This document shows, piece after piece, positions 39,603 to 48,258 of a stretch of DNA of 64,000 nucleotides. The position numbers and the translations under genes are program-made. Source of the stretch: Candidatus Omnitrophota bacterium. Lineage in GTDB: Bacteria > Omnitrophota > Gorgyraeia > S143-82. The notes beneath the pieces were generated by a model. It saw only the letters and a list, made by a program, of their open reading frames with translations, ran no database searches and had not been told where the DNA came from. Every line of letters starts with the position of its first letter. Positions within the stretch are counted from its first letter, which is position 1. The stretch covers positions 67,009-131,008 of the forward strand of contig WGBD01000007.1 in the NCBI GenBank assembly GCA_015494465.1. The letters are read 5' to 3'.

Positions 39603-40314
39603 CCTCTTCTCCCGAACTGGTAAACCTCTCCAGTATCGCCACGAACTCGCTGGCCACCTTCACCCCAATGAAAGCGTACAGGACCGGCAGGACACCAGCA
39701 CTCAGCAGGGTCCCCGGTACACCCTTCGGACCGAAACTGTAGAGGAAACTCCCGTACTTCACCAATCCAACCAAGGCCAAGGCCACGAATCCTGCCCCCA
39801 TCAAAGACTCCAGGGCATGAACCAACCCCCCAAATCCGGACTCCTTCTCCCTCTTCAATATCAATTTAAGAAGGAGCCCGGAGGAGATAACGACACCACC
39901 CTGAAATCCCCCTCCCGGGCTCACATGCCCCTGAGAGACGATGTATATGCCTATCAGGATAATAAGATACGGAAGAAACCTGCTTGCCACCCGAAGGACG
40001 AAGTTCTCCTCCCTCTGCCACATACCTGCCCCCGGCAAGAGGAACAATCCCACTGCCATAGCGGAGGCGAACAGGACCGTAACCTCCCCAAGGGTATCCA
40101 ATCCCCGGAAGGACAACACCACCGAGGTAACCAGATTCGTGGCCCCGGTGGAATTCACACCCATCTTTATGTAGTCCTTAGACACCAGCATCTTATCCTG
40201 CCCGTAGGGAATCTGGGTGTAGAGCAGATATATTAACAGCCCGCTGAATGCAAGGACCACCAAGGAGGCGATTATACCCGATATGTCGTACTTCCTATTT
40301 ATCCCTTCCAGCAT
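39589..40314 (-). CDS. MrpB / MnhB-domain membrane subunit
   Basis: The MnhB domain is NSTGATNLVTSVVLSFRGLDTLGEVTVLFASAMAVG, followed by extra C-terminal helices. Confidence 0.7.
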   Translation of the reverse strand: MLEGINRKYDISGIIASLVVLAFSGLLIYLLYTQIPYGQDKMLVSKDYIKMGVNSTGATNLVTSVVLSFRGLDTLGEVTVLFASAMAVGLFLLPGAGMWQREENFVLRVASRFLPYLIILIGIYIVSQGHVSPGGGFQGGVVISSGLLLKLILKREKESGFGGLVHALESLMGAGFVALALVGLVKYGSFLYSFGPKGVPGTLLSAGVLPVLYAFIGVKVASEFVAILERFTSSGEEDERA

Positions 40315-40316
40315 AT

Positions 40317-40556
40317 CTAGTCCCCTCTGATACCCATCTTACGCAAGGCAAACAGGAAGAGGGCTGTGGACAGGCCTGCTGAAATCACCGCCTCCGCCAT
40401 GGCCACATCCGGTGCCTGTAGGAGATAGAAACTCGCGGTCAATCCCACGCTCGCCAAGGCCAGCGCTACCACCGACGAGACCCGCCCTCGGGAAAAGACC
40501 GCAATCGCTGCAGTAAATCCGGTGAACAAGACGACTGCAAGGTAAATGTAACCCAT
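40317..40556 (-). CDS. small MbhD-like / DUF4040-type membrane subunit
   Basis: The 79-aa ORF has 2-3 helices. Its position and size match the MrpA-C-terminal-like MbhD/MbxD subunit. Confidence 0.55.
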   Translation of the reverse strand: MGYIYLAVVLFTGFTAAIAVFSRGRVSSVVALALASVGLTASFYLLQAPDVAMAEAVISAGLSTALFLFALRKMGIRGD

Positions 40557-40557
40557 C

Positions 40558-40827
40558 CTATTCCCCTTCTCCCCTCACCGCACGGGCAAGGACCGAGGCA
40601 GACACCGGCGCCCCCACCAGCACCAGCACCATTATCACCAGCAACTCCAACCACCAACCCGGTTTCAGACAGATAACCCCCGCTATCGTGGCGATCACCC
40701 CGAGAGTGGATGCCTTGGTCCCCGCCTGAAGACGGTTGAATACATCCGGCATGCGCACCAGCCCCAACCCCGAAAGGGCCAAAAAGAGCGCACCCACTAT
40801 CACCAAGACATACCCCACCGAAATCAT
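40558..40827 (-). CDS. MrpG / MnhG subunit
   Basis: The MnhG signature is LGLVRMPDVFNRLQAGTKASTLGVIATIAG. Confidence 0.7.
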   Translation of the reverse strand: MISVGYVLVIVGALFLALSGLGLVRMPDVFNRLQAGTKASTLGVIATIAGVICLKPGWWLELLVIMVLVLVGAPVSASVLARAVRGEGE

Positions 40828-41066
40828 CGTTCGATAAACCTCCCCACGACGATGCTCCCTATAAAACTCACCGCGGAAAGGGCAAGGGCCACATCCAGAT
40901 AGATCCTTACTTCAAACTCAAGGGCCAAAAGTACCAGCACCCCAACCAACACCGTAGTAAGCACATCCACCGCCACCATCCTGTTGGCAAAGTCCGGGCC
41001 TATAACGAACCGCAGAAGAGAAAGACCCACCGCAATCGTCAACAAGGCCACCAAGACCGGAATCAT
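40824..41066 (-). CDS. MrpF / MnhF subunit
   Basis: The 80-aa ORF has the MnhF-like motif LRFVIGPDFANRMVAVDVLTTVLVG. Confidence 0.7.
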   Translation of the reverse strand: MIPVLVALLTIAVGLSLLRFVIGPDFANRMVAVDVLTTVLVGVLVLLALEFEVRIYLDVALALSAVSFIGSIVVGRFIER

Positions 41067-41413
41067 GACTCCATCCTCTTAAGGATCCTCTCAAACCGTC
41101 CGCAGATCAACTCCTTGGCCTTTTCCTGAGGATACATCCCCGCCTTTATCCAGTGAACGGTCAACTCCTGCTCCTCAACATCCAGGGTCATCGTTCCCGG
41201 CGTCAAGGTGATAGAATTGGCCAAGATGAACTTCAACCAATCCGACTTCAGGTCCGTCCTGACCTTTACGAATCCCGGAGATATAGGCAGGGAGGGATTT
41301 ATCACCCTCAAGGCCACATCCAGATTTGCCTTCACCATCTCCACTAGGAGCACCACCAAGTAGATTGGGAAATTTATCACAAACTTTATCATACAAACAA
41401 TCCCTTCCACCAA
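41063..41413 (-). CDS. MrpE / MnhE subunit
   Basis: The 116-aa ORF has the MnhE-like pattern (NLDVALRVINPSLPISPGFVKV...LANSITLTPGTMTLDVEE). Confidence 0.7.
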   Translation of the reverse strand: MVEGIVCMIKFVINFPIYLVVLLVEMVKANLDVALRVINPSLPISPGFVKVRTDLKSDWLKFILANSITLTPGTMTLDVEEQELTVHWIKAGMYPQEKAKELICGRFERILKRMES

Positions 41414-41449
41414 ACAGAACCTGCCTAAAATTGAGTTTTATTTTACTGG

Positions 41450-41477
41450 TTCAGGTCCCGTTGTCAACACAATTTCT
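41450..41477 (-). promoter_or_regulatory. candidate sigma-70 promoter for the mrp/mbx-like operon
   Basis: The minus strand reads TTGACA - 16 nt - TAAAAT about 35 nt upstream of the mrpE ATG. It lies immediately after the tcdA stop. Confidence 0.35.
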
Positions 41478-41480
41478 CTT

Positions 41481-42194
41481 CTACCTGGAAAACAGGAAGA
41501 ATCTTACCATCTCAATCGCAACAGCGACAGGGGACAACACCCACGAGCCCAATACCTTTCTACGAGGGCGAGATGGCGAGGATTCCCCGAAGCTTCGGGG
41601 ATCTACCCCCTCTTCAAAGGTCACCACCGGGATTGGATCGCAAGGGACCTTCCAACGCTTCAACCTCCTCCTCAGCCGTGTCAACAAGGGATCCACGCGG
41701 ACCTCGGAGAGCACCTTCGCCTGGGGACGAACGGAGATAATCCCAGCAGAGGCCCCGGCACTTATCAAGGGTATACCGACCTGGACACAGTACCTCAATA
41801 GAAGGGCTTTACCGTTTAATCCATCAACGCAGTCAAACACGAAGTCGACCCCTTCGAAGCAACTGAAATCGTACCCCTTACCCACCGAATCAACGCACGA
41901 TTTCACCTCCGCTTTATCTCTGAGATAGGCCCTGACGGCCTCACAGACCACCTCTGCCTTGTAGCGCCCGACCTTACCCCAGTCAAAGAAGGCATAACGG
42001 TTGAAGTCTCCCACGGAAAGCCGATCGTCGTCCACCAGCACCCAGTGCCTTATCCCGAAAGGAAGGAGCAAGCGTACCACCCATCCTCCCACCGCCCCTA
42101 ACCCGACCACAGCTATACGCACCTTATCGTCGGGCACAGCGATAGAGTAGGCCCTTGCTAACAGGTGCAATCTATAGAATGGATCCTCGCTCAT
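41481..42194 (-). CDS. tcdA: ThiF/MoeB-family E1-like enzyme, probable tRNA threonylcarbamoyladenosine dehydratase TcdA
   Basis: The Rossmann dinucleotide loop is KVRIAVVGLGAVGGWVVRLL, with the TcdA-like region DFNRYAFFDWGKVGRYKAEV. The upstream 116 codons of the ORF (Gly/Arg/Pro-rich) are judged non-coding. The start chosen is MSEDPFYRL, which overlaps the tatD stop by 4 nt. Confidence 0.65.
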   Translation of the reverse strand: MSEDPFYRLHLLARAYSIAVPDDKVRIAVVGLGAVGGWVVRLLLPFGIRHWVLVDDDRLSVGDFNRYAFFDWGKVGRYKAEVVCEAVRAYLRDKAEVKSCVDSVGKGYDFSCFEGVDFVFDCVDGLNGKALLLRYCVQVGIPLISAGASAGIISVRPQAKVLSEVRVDPLLTRLRRRLKRWKVPCDPIPVVTFEEGVDPRSFGESSPSRPRRKVLGSWVLSPVAVAIEMVRFFLFSR

Positions 42195-42907
42195 CTCCTC
42201 AACAGGTCTTTGAAGTTGGCCTCTACTGCCTGCGCCACTTCCTCTTTTGGGACAGCCTTCCACTCCGCAATCTTCTCCACCACCTGTCCCAGTATCCGGG
42301 GACTTTGGGCCTGATAAGGCCAATCGCTCTCGACCAACAGCCTGTCTAAGCCAATCGTCTGAATCACTCTGCGTTTTTCCTTTGGCCATTTCAGGACCGT
42401 CGGCCCTAAAGAAAAATACACACCCGGCATGAGGGAAAACCTCTCCACATAAAAGGTACTGCCATTGTAAGCGTGGAGTATGACCCGAAGGTCTTTCCGT
42501 CCTCGTAGTATCTCCCACAGGTCTTTCCAGGCCCGGACGCAATGCACATTCAAGGGGAGTTTCCTCTCCTCTGCCAGAGAGACTGCTTTCTCAAATATCT
42601 CCAACTGGACAGAATAATCTGCACCCCACAACCTATCCAGGCCTACTTCCCCTATGCCCGCTATCCTCTGTAAATTCCTCTGGAGGGCATCCTTCCACCC
42701 TAACCAATCAAGGCCGTCCAGGTACCACGGATGGGCACCCAACATCAAACCTGCACCCGAATATTCATTAGAGACATTAAGAGCGGAGTAGAAGTCCTCA
42801 AGGTGCAAGGTGCAGAGGAATCCCCTCCAAGGAACAAATTCATCCAGTCCTGTCAAAGGAAGGTGATAATGGGCATCCGGCAACGAAGGTACGGTCTGAT
42901 CATCCAC
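42191..42907 (-). CDS. TatD-family metal-dependent hydrolase
   Basis: The TatD pattern is DAHYHL near the N-terminus, then LNVHCVRAW, ILHAYNGS and VESDWP. Confidence 0.75.
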   Translation of the reverse strand: MDDQTVPSLPDAHYHLPLTGLDEFVPWRGFLCTLHLEDFYSALNVSNEYSGAGLMLGAHPWYLDGLDWLGWKDALQRNLQRIAGIGEVGLDRLWGADYSVQLEIFEKAVSLAEERKLPLNVHCVRAWKDLWEILRGRKDLRVILHAYNGSTFYVERFSLMPGVYFSLGPTVLKWPKEKRRVIQTIGLDRLLVESDWPYQAQSPRILGQVVEKIAEWKAVPKEEVAQAVEANFKDLLRR

Positions 42908-42908
42908 T

Positions 42909-43514
42909 TCAGAAAAACGACTGGACCATGTCCCAGGCCACGAACTGGGCGAATATGTCCTCCGAGAGGGCGACCCGCCTGTACCCTAACGGGCGATCCT
43001 TCCAATCGAATAACTTTGCAAAGACCTTCATTCTGCTAACTATAAGGCGATTCTCGGTATCGTAATACCTGTGCCCATGGCAGATGGGATTTTCCACATT
43101 TACCAGAGGATAGAGCGTGGCATCAAATGCCACCGCCCGGGGATGGGCTGAATAATCGGCCAAGAATCCCAACACGAAGCCGTCCGCACTCAACTTCGTC
43201 GCTATCGCCTCGGCCTTCTTTGGGGTTATCACATACCCGCTTGCCTCACCCACAAGCTCCCGTACGAGCCTGGGATGAACCACGAAGACCTTCCGCCTCT
43301 CTATCAGATACTCGACGAAATACCTATAAACCTTATCCTTAAAGGCAGGGGGCACCGTATCATCTCCTGCGAACTCGAATACGACTATACGCTCTACCTG
43401 GTGGGAAAGCTCCGGAGGTCCGGGCAGGGGTAGAGATTGATCTACCTTTCCCCGTATACACCCCCCTGCAAACACGAGGGCCTGAAGCAAAAGCACGCAA
43501 AGGAATCTAACCAT
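42909..43514 (-). CDS. hypothetical lipoprotein
   Basis: The signal peptide ends in a lipobox-like FAGGC (MVRFLCVLLLQALVFAGGCIRG). No recognisable domain. Confidence 0.4.
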   Translation of the reverse strand: MVRFLCVLLLQALVFAGGCIRGKVDQSLPLPGPPELSHQVERIVVFEFAGDDTVPPAFKDKVYRYFVEYLIERRKVFVVHPRLVRELVGEASGYVITPKKAEAIATKLSADGFVLGFLADYSAHPRAVAFDATLYPLVNVENPICHGHRYYDTENRLIVSRMKVFAKLFDWKDRPLGYRRVALSEDIFAQFVAWDMVQSFF

Positions 43515-43881
43515 TCATTACCTTTTCTATCTTCTCCTTGAGTATCTCAGGAGTAAACGGCTTGACGATGTAATCGTTTACCCCCAGCTGGAGGGCCTCC
43601 ATGACCTCGTTCTTCTCTGCCTCTGTGGTCACCATTATAACCGGAACGGTACCAAACTTGTCCGAGGCCCTTATGGATTTCACCAGCGTAATACCATCCA
43701 TCTCAGGCATGTTCCAGTCAGTCAACACCAAGGAGATGTCCCCTTCCTTGAGTTTGGTAAGGGCATCTATACCGTTTTCTGCCTCCACCACATCCGAATA
43801 CCCTATCCGCTCCAGCGTATTCTTTATAATCCTGCGTATCGTAGCGGAATCGTCAACCACCAACACCTTTGACATAATCAC
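43507..43881 (-). CDS. cheY: CheY-like single-domain response regulator
   Basis: The motifs are KVLVVDDSATIRRIIKN, LVLTDWNMPEMDG and DYIVKPF (D-D...D...T...K). Confidence 0.85.
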   Translation of the reverse strand: MIMSKVLVVDDSATIRRIIKNTLERIGYSDVVEAENGIDALTKLKEGDISLVLTDWNMPEMDGITLVKSIRASDKFGTVPVIMVTTEAEKNEVMEALQLGVNDYIVKPFTPEILKEKIEKVMNG

Positions 43882-44710
43882 TGACCTCCGTTATTCTTAC
43901 TCCGAACTTCTCCCCCACCGTAACCACTTGGGCCTTGGCAATAGACTTGCCGTTGAGCACTACATCCACCGGTTGAGAAACATACTGAGGGAACTCTATC
44001 ACTGACCCCGGATTCAAGTCCCAGAGCTCCTGGAACACCATACTCTTGTTGGCCAAGACCACCGAGAGCTGAACCATGACATCCGGGACATCTTCTACTG
44101 GACTTCCCGCTTCAACCCCCTTTTGCTCCCCGGAATCCTGCGCCTTTGCTTCGAACTCTTCTAACTGGGCAGACAACTCCCCCAACATGTCACTGGCGAG
44201 CTTTTCGCCCAATTGGGTGGGCACGATGTGCCAGAAGTGAGAACTCACCTTGCCCTCGTCCAGTCTAAACTGCATCTCTATGAAGACGACGTTGCCCTCG
44301 AACTCCGGCACCCCATCTACCACCGAACCCGGCACGCACTTCAGATTCTTTCGGCTTATCAGCATAGCCAGTGTCTCGTTTATCCCCTCCGCCATCCCTT
44401 GGGATAGGGCCGATTCGGGAGAGTCCGCCTTCCCTGAGGAGTCTATCGCAGAAAGGAGATAATCCAGATCGTCCTTCTTAAACACGAAAGCCATCTCCCC
44501 ACCGTAATCGCCCGAATACTCCATAACAACCGCCGTTTTGGCCCCTTCTGGCAGTTTGGCCATCGCTTCTGAGAACGGCAATTCCTCCGCCTTGGGTTTT
44601 ATCATCTTCACCTGTATACCAGCGATCCCCTCTAGCTTGGTCGCCGCCGAACCCAAGGTTATGTTATCCAGCTCACACAAGGCATCCAGATACTCTGGGG
44701 AAAGAGGCAT
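43853..44710 (-). CDS. CheC-like phosphatase domain fused to a FliN/SpoA domain (FliY-like)
   Basis: The N-terminal CheC signature is ELDNITLGSAATKLEG (E-x2-N). The C-terminal FliN/SpoA domain is LNPGSVIEFPQYVSQPVDVVLNGKSIAKAQVVTVGEKFGVRITEV. Confidence 0.65.
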   Translation of the reverse strand: MPLSPEYLDALCELDNITLGSAATKLEGIAGIQVKMIKPKAEELPFSEAMAKLPEGAKTAVVMEYSGDYGGEMAFVFKKDDLDYLLSAIDSSGKADSPESALSQGMAEGINETLAMLISRKNLKCVPGSVVDGVPEFEGNVVFIEMQFRLDEGKVSSHFWHIVPTQLGEKLASDMLGELSAQLEEFEAKAQDSGEQKGVEAGSPVEDVPDVMVQLSVVLANKSMVFQELWDLNPGSVIEFPQYVSQPVDVVLNGKSIAKAQVVTVGEKFGVRITEVSDYVKGVGG

Positions 44711-44715
44711 AGCAA

Positions 44716-45105
44716 CTACTTCCTAAGGCGCTTTAGCCTGCGCAATACGTACTCCAACAGCTCCTCTTGATGCTTGGTGTATATGTCCACAAACTTTACC
44801 GCCACGCAGTGCTCCCCATTATCGTTTGTCCACTGCCGAACCACCTTCGCTAATGAGACTACCGGCCCAAATATCTGGTTCTCGGGTAAGGGTTTGTGAT
44901 AATCCGGTATCTGCACCTCTACCTTAAGCACATCCTGATCGTTAAGTGGGGCATCCACCACGAAGGCCACCCCGCCACCACTGATGTCGATAATCCTGCC
45001 CTCCTTCATTCGGGACTTCATTGGAATCTGTAAGACCTGATAGCGCAAGCGGATCTGTGAAGGGACTCTTGCATATCTCCTTCTCTCCTTAGCGTCCACG
45101 ACCAC
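44716..45105 (-). CDS. PilZ-domain (c-di-GMP-binding) protein
   Basis: The RxxxR motif sits in ERRRYARVP and the D-x-S-x-x-G motif in IIDISGGGVAF. These are the two c-di-GMP-binding PilZ signatures. Confidence 0.75.
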   Translation of the reverse strand: MVVDAKERRRYARVPSQIRLRYQVLQIPMKSRMKEGRIIDISGGGVAFVVDAPLNDQDVLKVEVQIPDYHKPLPENQIFGPVVSLAKVVRQWTNDNGEHCVAVKFVDIYTKHQEELLEYVLRRLKRLRK

Positions 45106-46972
45106 CGTTTCCTCCCGCTCGGGTTGCTGCCACCTTTCTTACCGCATGCGCTGACAACTGCATGACCCCCGTTATGTCGAGGATCAAGCAGACCCGCCCA
45201 TCGCCCATAATCGTTGCCCCGGCTATGCCCGGGACATTGGTGAGGAAACCTCCCAGCGACTTGATTACCACTTCCTGCTGGCCAAGCAGATCGGAGACCA
45301 AGATGCCCAATCTTTGCTCGGCCAATCCTATTATAACAACATAGCGCCGGGGAGTCTCCTCTATTTTTTCCGGCTCGTTGAAGACCTCTTCAAGGCATAG
45401 TAGAGGTATAACCATATCCCTTACGCGCACCACAGCCTGCTGCTCTATGGTGTAGACCTGCCCCTCGTCAAGGTGGATAATCTCCTGCACGGAAGCAAGG
45501 GGTATGGCGTATATGTCGTTATTGGATAGTACCATTAAGGCCTGGATTATAGCAAGGGTGAGCGGGAGCTTTATCTTGATCGTCGTCCCTTTACCCAACT
45601 CGGTATCCAATTCTATGACCCCGTTGAGCTTCTCGATGTTCGTCTTCACCACATCCATACCCACGCCTCGCCCAGAGACGTCGGTCACCTTTTCTGCAGT
45701 GGAGAATCCGGGCATAAAGATAAGGTTCAGGATGTCTCTATCTCCCATGTGGGCTAGATCGGACTCTTTCACGATACCCTTCTCTACCGCCTTCCTGGCC
45801 ACCTTCTGTACATCTATACCTCTACCGTCGTCGGAAACCTCTATGACTATGTGGTCTCCCTCCTGATAGGCGGAGAGCACGATAGTGCCCCTTCGGGGTT
45901 TACCCAACCTTTCTCTTTCTTCGGGTGGCTCTATCCCGTGGTCCACCGCATTGCGGAGTATGTGTATAAGCGGATCGCCTATGTGCTCTATCACCGACTT
46001 GTCTAACTCGGTCTCTTCACCGTGGATTATCAGATCTATCTCCTTGTGCATCTCTCTACACAGGTCTCGCACCATCCGAGGGAACTTGTTAAAGACCCGT
46101 TGGACCGGGAGCATGCGCGTCTTCATCACCGACAACTGCATCTCGGTGGTAACGAACCCAAGCTGTACCAAGGCATTATTAAAGGCGTCTACCAAGGCGG
46201 TGTCAGACACTTGGGCATCTATGTGCTCTGCCAATTGCCCTAGTCTATTCCTCACCAATACCAGCTCTCCAACCAGGTTCATCAACGCGTCCAGCCTTTT
46301 GACATCCACCCTTATAGTCTCCTCTATCCCACCCGCTGCGGCTCTCTTCTGAGGAGCAGGAGAAGGCTTCTGCGCATCAGACGGCGCCGGCTTTGGTTGT
46401 GCTTCCTGGGTCTGAGGAGAAACGGAGGACTGGGATTCCTGTTTTTGAGGTTTTTGCTCTTGTTGAGGGGGCTCTTTGCTCTCGGCCTCCGCAGGGGCAT
46501 GCTCTTCCGTGGCCTCTTCCTCTTTTCGTCTCTCCCCTTCTGCCTGAGGCTCTTCTTTCTCAGCGGGTTTCTGCGGAGGTTCCTCTACCGGAGCGGTCTC
46601 TCCCTCCAGTATTGCCTTCAGTTTGGCCTCGGTGTCACTGGTATCCACCGTGCCAGAGGTACCATTGCGCACCTCGTCCAAGAGCAACTTTAGCTTATCT
46701 ACCGACTCCAAGATGACATCCATTATCGTGGGAGTGACTACCATCTCCCCTTTTCTCAATTTGTTGAGGACATCTTCCATGTGGTGGGTCAATTGGGATA
46801 TCTGGGTAAAACCTAAGAAACCAGAGCTACCTTTAATGGTGTGGGCTGCGCGGAATATCCTGTTGAGGAGTTCGAGATCGTCAGGCCGTTCTTCAAGCGT
46901 AACTAGATCCTGATCCAATTGCTCCAACAACTCAGCCGACTCTACCAAAAATTCCTGGATTATCTCGTCCAT
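45089..46972 (-). CDS. cheA: chemotaxis histidine kinase CheA
   Basis: The P1 Hpt domain carries the phospho-His in AAHTIKGSSGFLGF. P3/P4 has HILRNAVDHGIE and VSDDGRGID, and a CheW-like P5 follows. P2 is replaced by an approximately 110-aa E/P/Q/K low-complexity linker. Confidence 0.9.
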   Translation of the reverse strand: MDEIIQEFLVESAELLEQLDQDLVTLEERPDDLELLNRIFRAAHTIKGSSGFLGFTQISQLTHHMEDVLNKLRKGEMVVTPTIMDVILESVDKLKLLLDEVRNGTSGTVDTSDTEAKLKAILEGETAPVEEPPQKPAEKEEPQAEGERRKEEEATEEHAPAEAESKEPPQQEQKPQKQESQSSVSPQTQEAQPKPAPSDAQKPSPAPQKRAAAGGIEETIRVDVKRLDALMNLVGELVLVRNRLGQLAEHIDAQVSDTALVDAFNNALVQLGFVTTEMQLSVMKTRMLPVQRVFNKFPRMVRDLCREMHKEIDLIIHGEETELDKSVIEHIGDPLIHILRNAVDHGIEPPEERERLGKPRRGTIVLSAYQEGDHIVIEVSDDGRGIDVQKVARKAVEKGIVKESDLAHMGDRDILNLIFMPGFSTAEKVTDVSGRGVGMDVVKTNIEKLNGVIELDTELGKGTTIKIKLPLTLAIIQALMVLSNNDIYAIPLASVQEIIHLDEGQVYTIEQQAVVRVRDMVIPLLCLEEVFNEPEKIEETPRRYVVIIGLAEQRLGILVSDLLGQQEVVIKSLGGFLTNVPGIAGATIMGDGRVCLILDITGVMQLSAHAVRKVAATRAGGNGGRGR

Positions 46973-47011
46973 CCCCCGCCCTCCTCATTCGCTAGGCGTC
47001 AGTAATCCACC

Positions 47012-47386
47012 TCAACTTTCACTAGCATTCAACAGGCTTCCAATCTTATAGAGGATCAGTGACGGTGGTGCTGGTTTGACCAAGTAGACATTCGCGCCAG
47101 CCTCGAATCCCCTCTTTTTGTCCTCGTCACTCCCCTCGGTAGTTAACATCACGATCGGTATGTCCGAATAAAGAGGATCTTTTCGAATAGTCCTTATTAG
47201 CTCCAGCCCATTCATCCTGGGCATGTTAAGGTCCGCTATTATCAGATCTATGTCCTCTTGAGCCAGCTTTTCTAAGGCATCCACCCCGTCAACTGCCTCC
47301 ACCGTCTCGTAATTGGCCCCTTTCAATATGTTACTTATCAACTTCCTTACCGTAGCTGAATCGTCCACCACCAATATCTTAGGCAT
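47012..47386 (-). CDS. CheY-like single-domain response regulator (second copy)
   Basis: The motifs are KILVVDDSATVRKLISN, LIIADLNMPRMNG and VYLVKPA. Confidence 0.85.
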   Translation of the reverse strand: MPKILVVDDSATVRKLISNILKGANYETVEAVDGVDALEKLAQEDIDLIIADLNMPRMNGLELIRTIRKDPLYSDIPIVMLTTEGSDEDKKRGFEAGANVYLVKPAPPSLILYKIGSLLNASES

Positions 47387-47406
47387 ATCCCGCCTCCCTG
47401 GTTTTT

Positions 47407-48252
47407 TTATTCCTTCTTATAAGCCAACGCCCCTGGGAAATGCACTATCTTGAAGGCTCTAGTTATGTTGTGCAACGATTCCGAATGACCGATAACCAAA
47501 TATCCGCCTATTTTCAATATATCATAAAAATGCCCAACTACCTTCTTCTTTACCGCGTCGTCGAAGTAGATCATCACATTCCTGCAGAATATCACATCTT
47601 TTTTCGTGATCCTGCGCATCTGATTGTCGTCGGTCAAGTTGAGATGATAAAACCGCACCATCCTCTTTATCTCATCTTTTATCCTATAATTATCTCCCTC
47701 TTTAGTGAAGTACTTGTTGAGATATTCCTTGGGGACATTCCTCAACGTATACTCGTTATAGACGCCCTCCCGGGCCTGGGCCAAGGCAGCCTCGCTGAGA
47801 TCACCTGCCTCTATCATTACCCTCCACCCCGCTGCCTTGGTATCCACGAACTCTTTACAAATGATCGCCAAGGTATAGGGTTCCTCACCAGTGGAACAGC
47901 CCGCGCTCAACAAGGTAAGGGTCTTAAATGTCTGCCTATCGGGCAAAGACACTAGTTCGGGCAAGATGTGATTTTTAAGTGCCTCCATCTGAGGTCGATT
48001 GCGGAAGAAACTGGTCTCGTTTATGGTTATAGCATTGAAGAGATACTTAAGTTCTTCCTTGTAGTCCTTCGAATAGAGTAAAAAATAGGCATACTCGTTA
48101 AAGTCGCGGAATCCCCTCTCTTTTATCCTCTCCAAGATCTTCGTCTCCAGCAAATACTTCTTGTTATCGCTGAAGTATATGCCGCTTTTTTCGTAGATAA
48201 AATCGCGCAAAGACTTAAATGTCTTATCGTCCATCTTGAGTGTAATAGACAT
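47407..48252 (-). CDS. cheR: chemotaxis protein methyltransferase CheR
   Basis: The N-terminal helical domain is FKSLRDFIYEKSGIYFSDNKKYLLETKILERI. The SAM-dependent methyltransferase fold has LLSAGCSTGEEPYTLA and IFCRNVMIYFD. Confidence 0.85.
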   Translation of the reverse strand: MSITLKMDDKTFKSLRDFIYEKSGIYFSDNKKYLLETKILERIKERGFRDFNEYAYFLLYSKDYKEELKYLFNAITINETSFFRNRPQMEALKNHILPELVSLPDRQTFKTLTLLSAGCSTGEEPYTLAIICKEFVDTKAAGWRVMIEAGDLSEAALAQAREGVYNEYTLRNVPKEYLNKYFTKEGDNYRIKDEIKRMVRFYHLNLTDDNQMRRITKKDVIFCRNVMIYFDDAVKKKVVGHFYDILKIGGYLVIGHSESLHNITRAFKIVHFPGALAYKKE

Positions 48253-48258
48253 ACCCCC

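Noticed and set aside
46390-46720. Apparent repeat or low-complexity DNA inside cheA (GAG/GAA/CCT-rich).
   Set aside because: It encodes the E/P/Q/K-rich interdomain linker that replaces P2. It is not a tandem repeat, CRISPR array or insertion.
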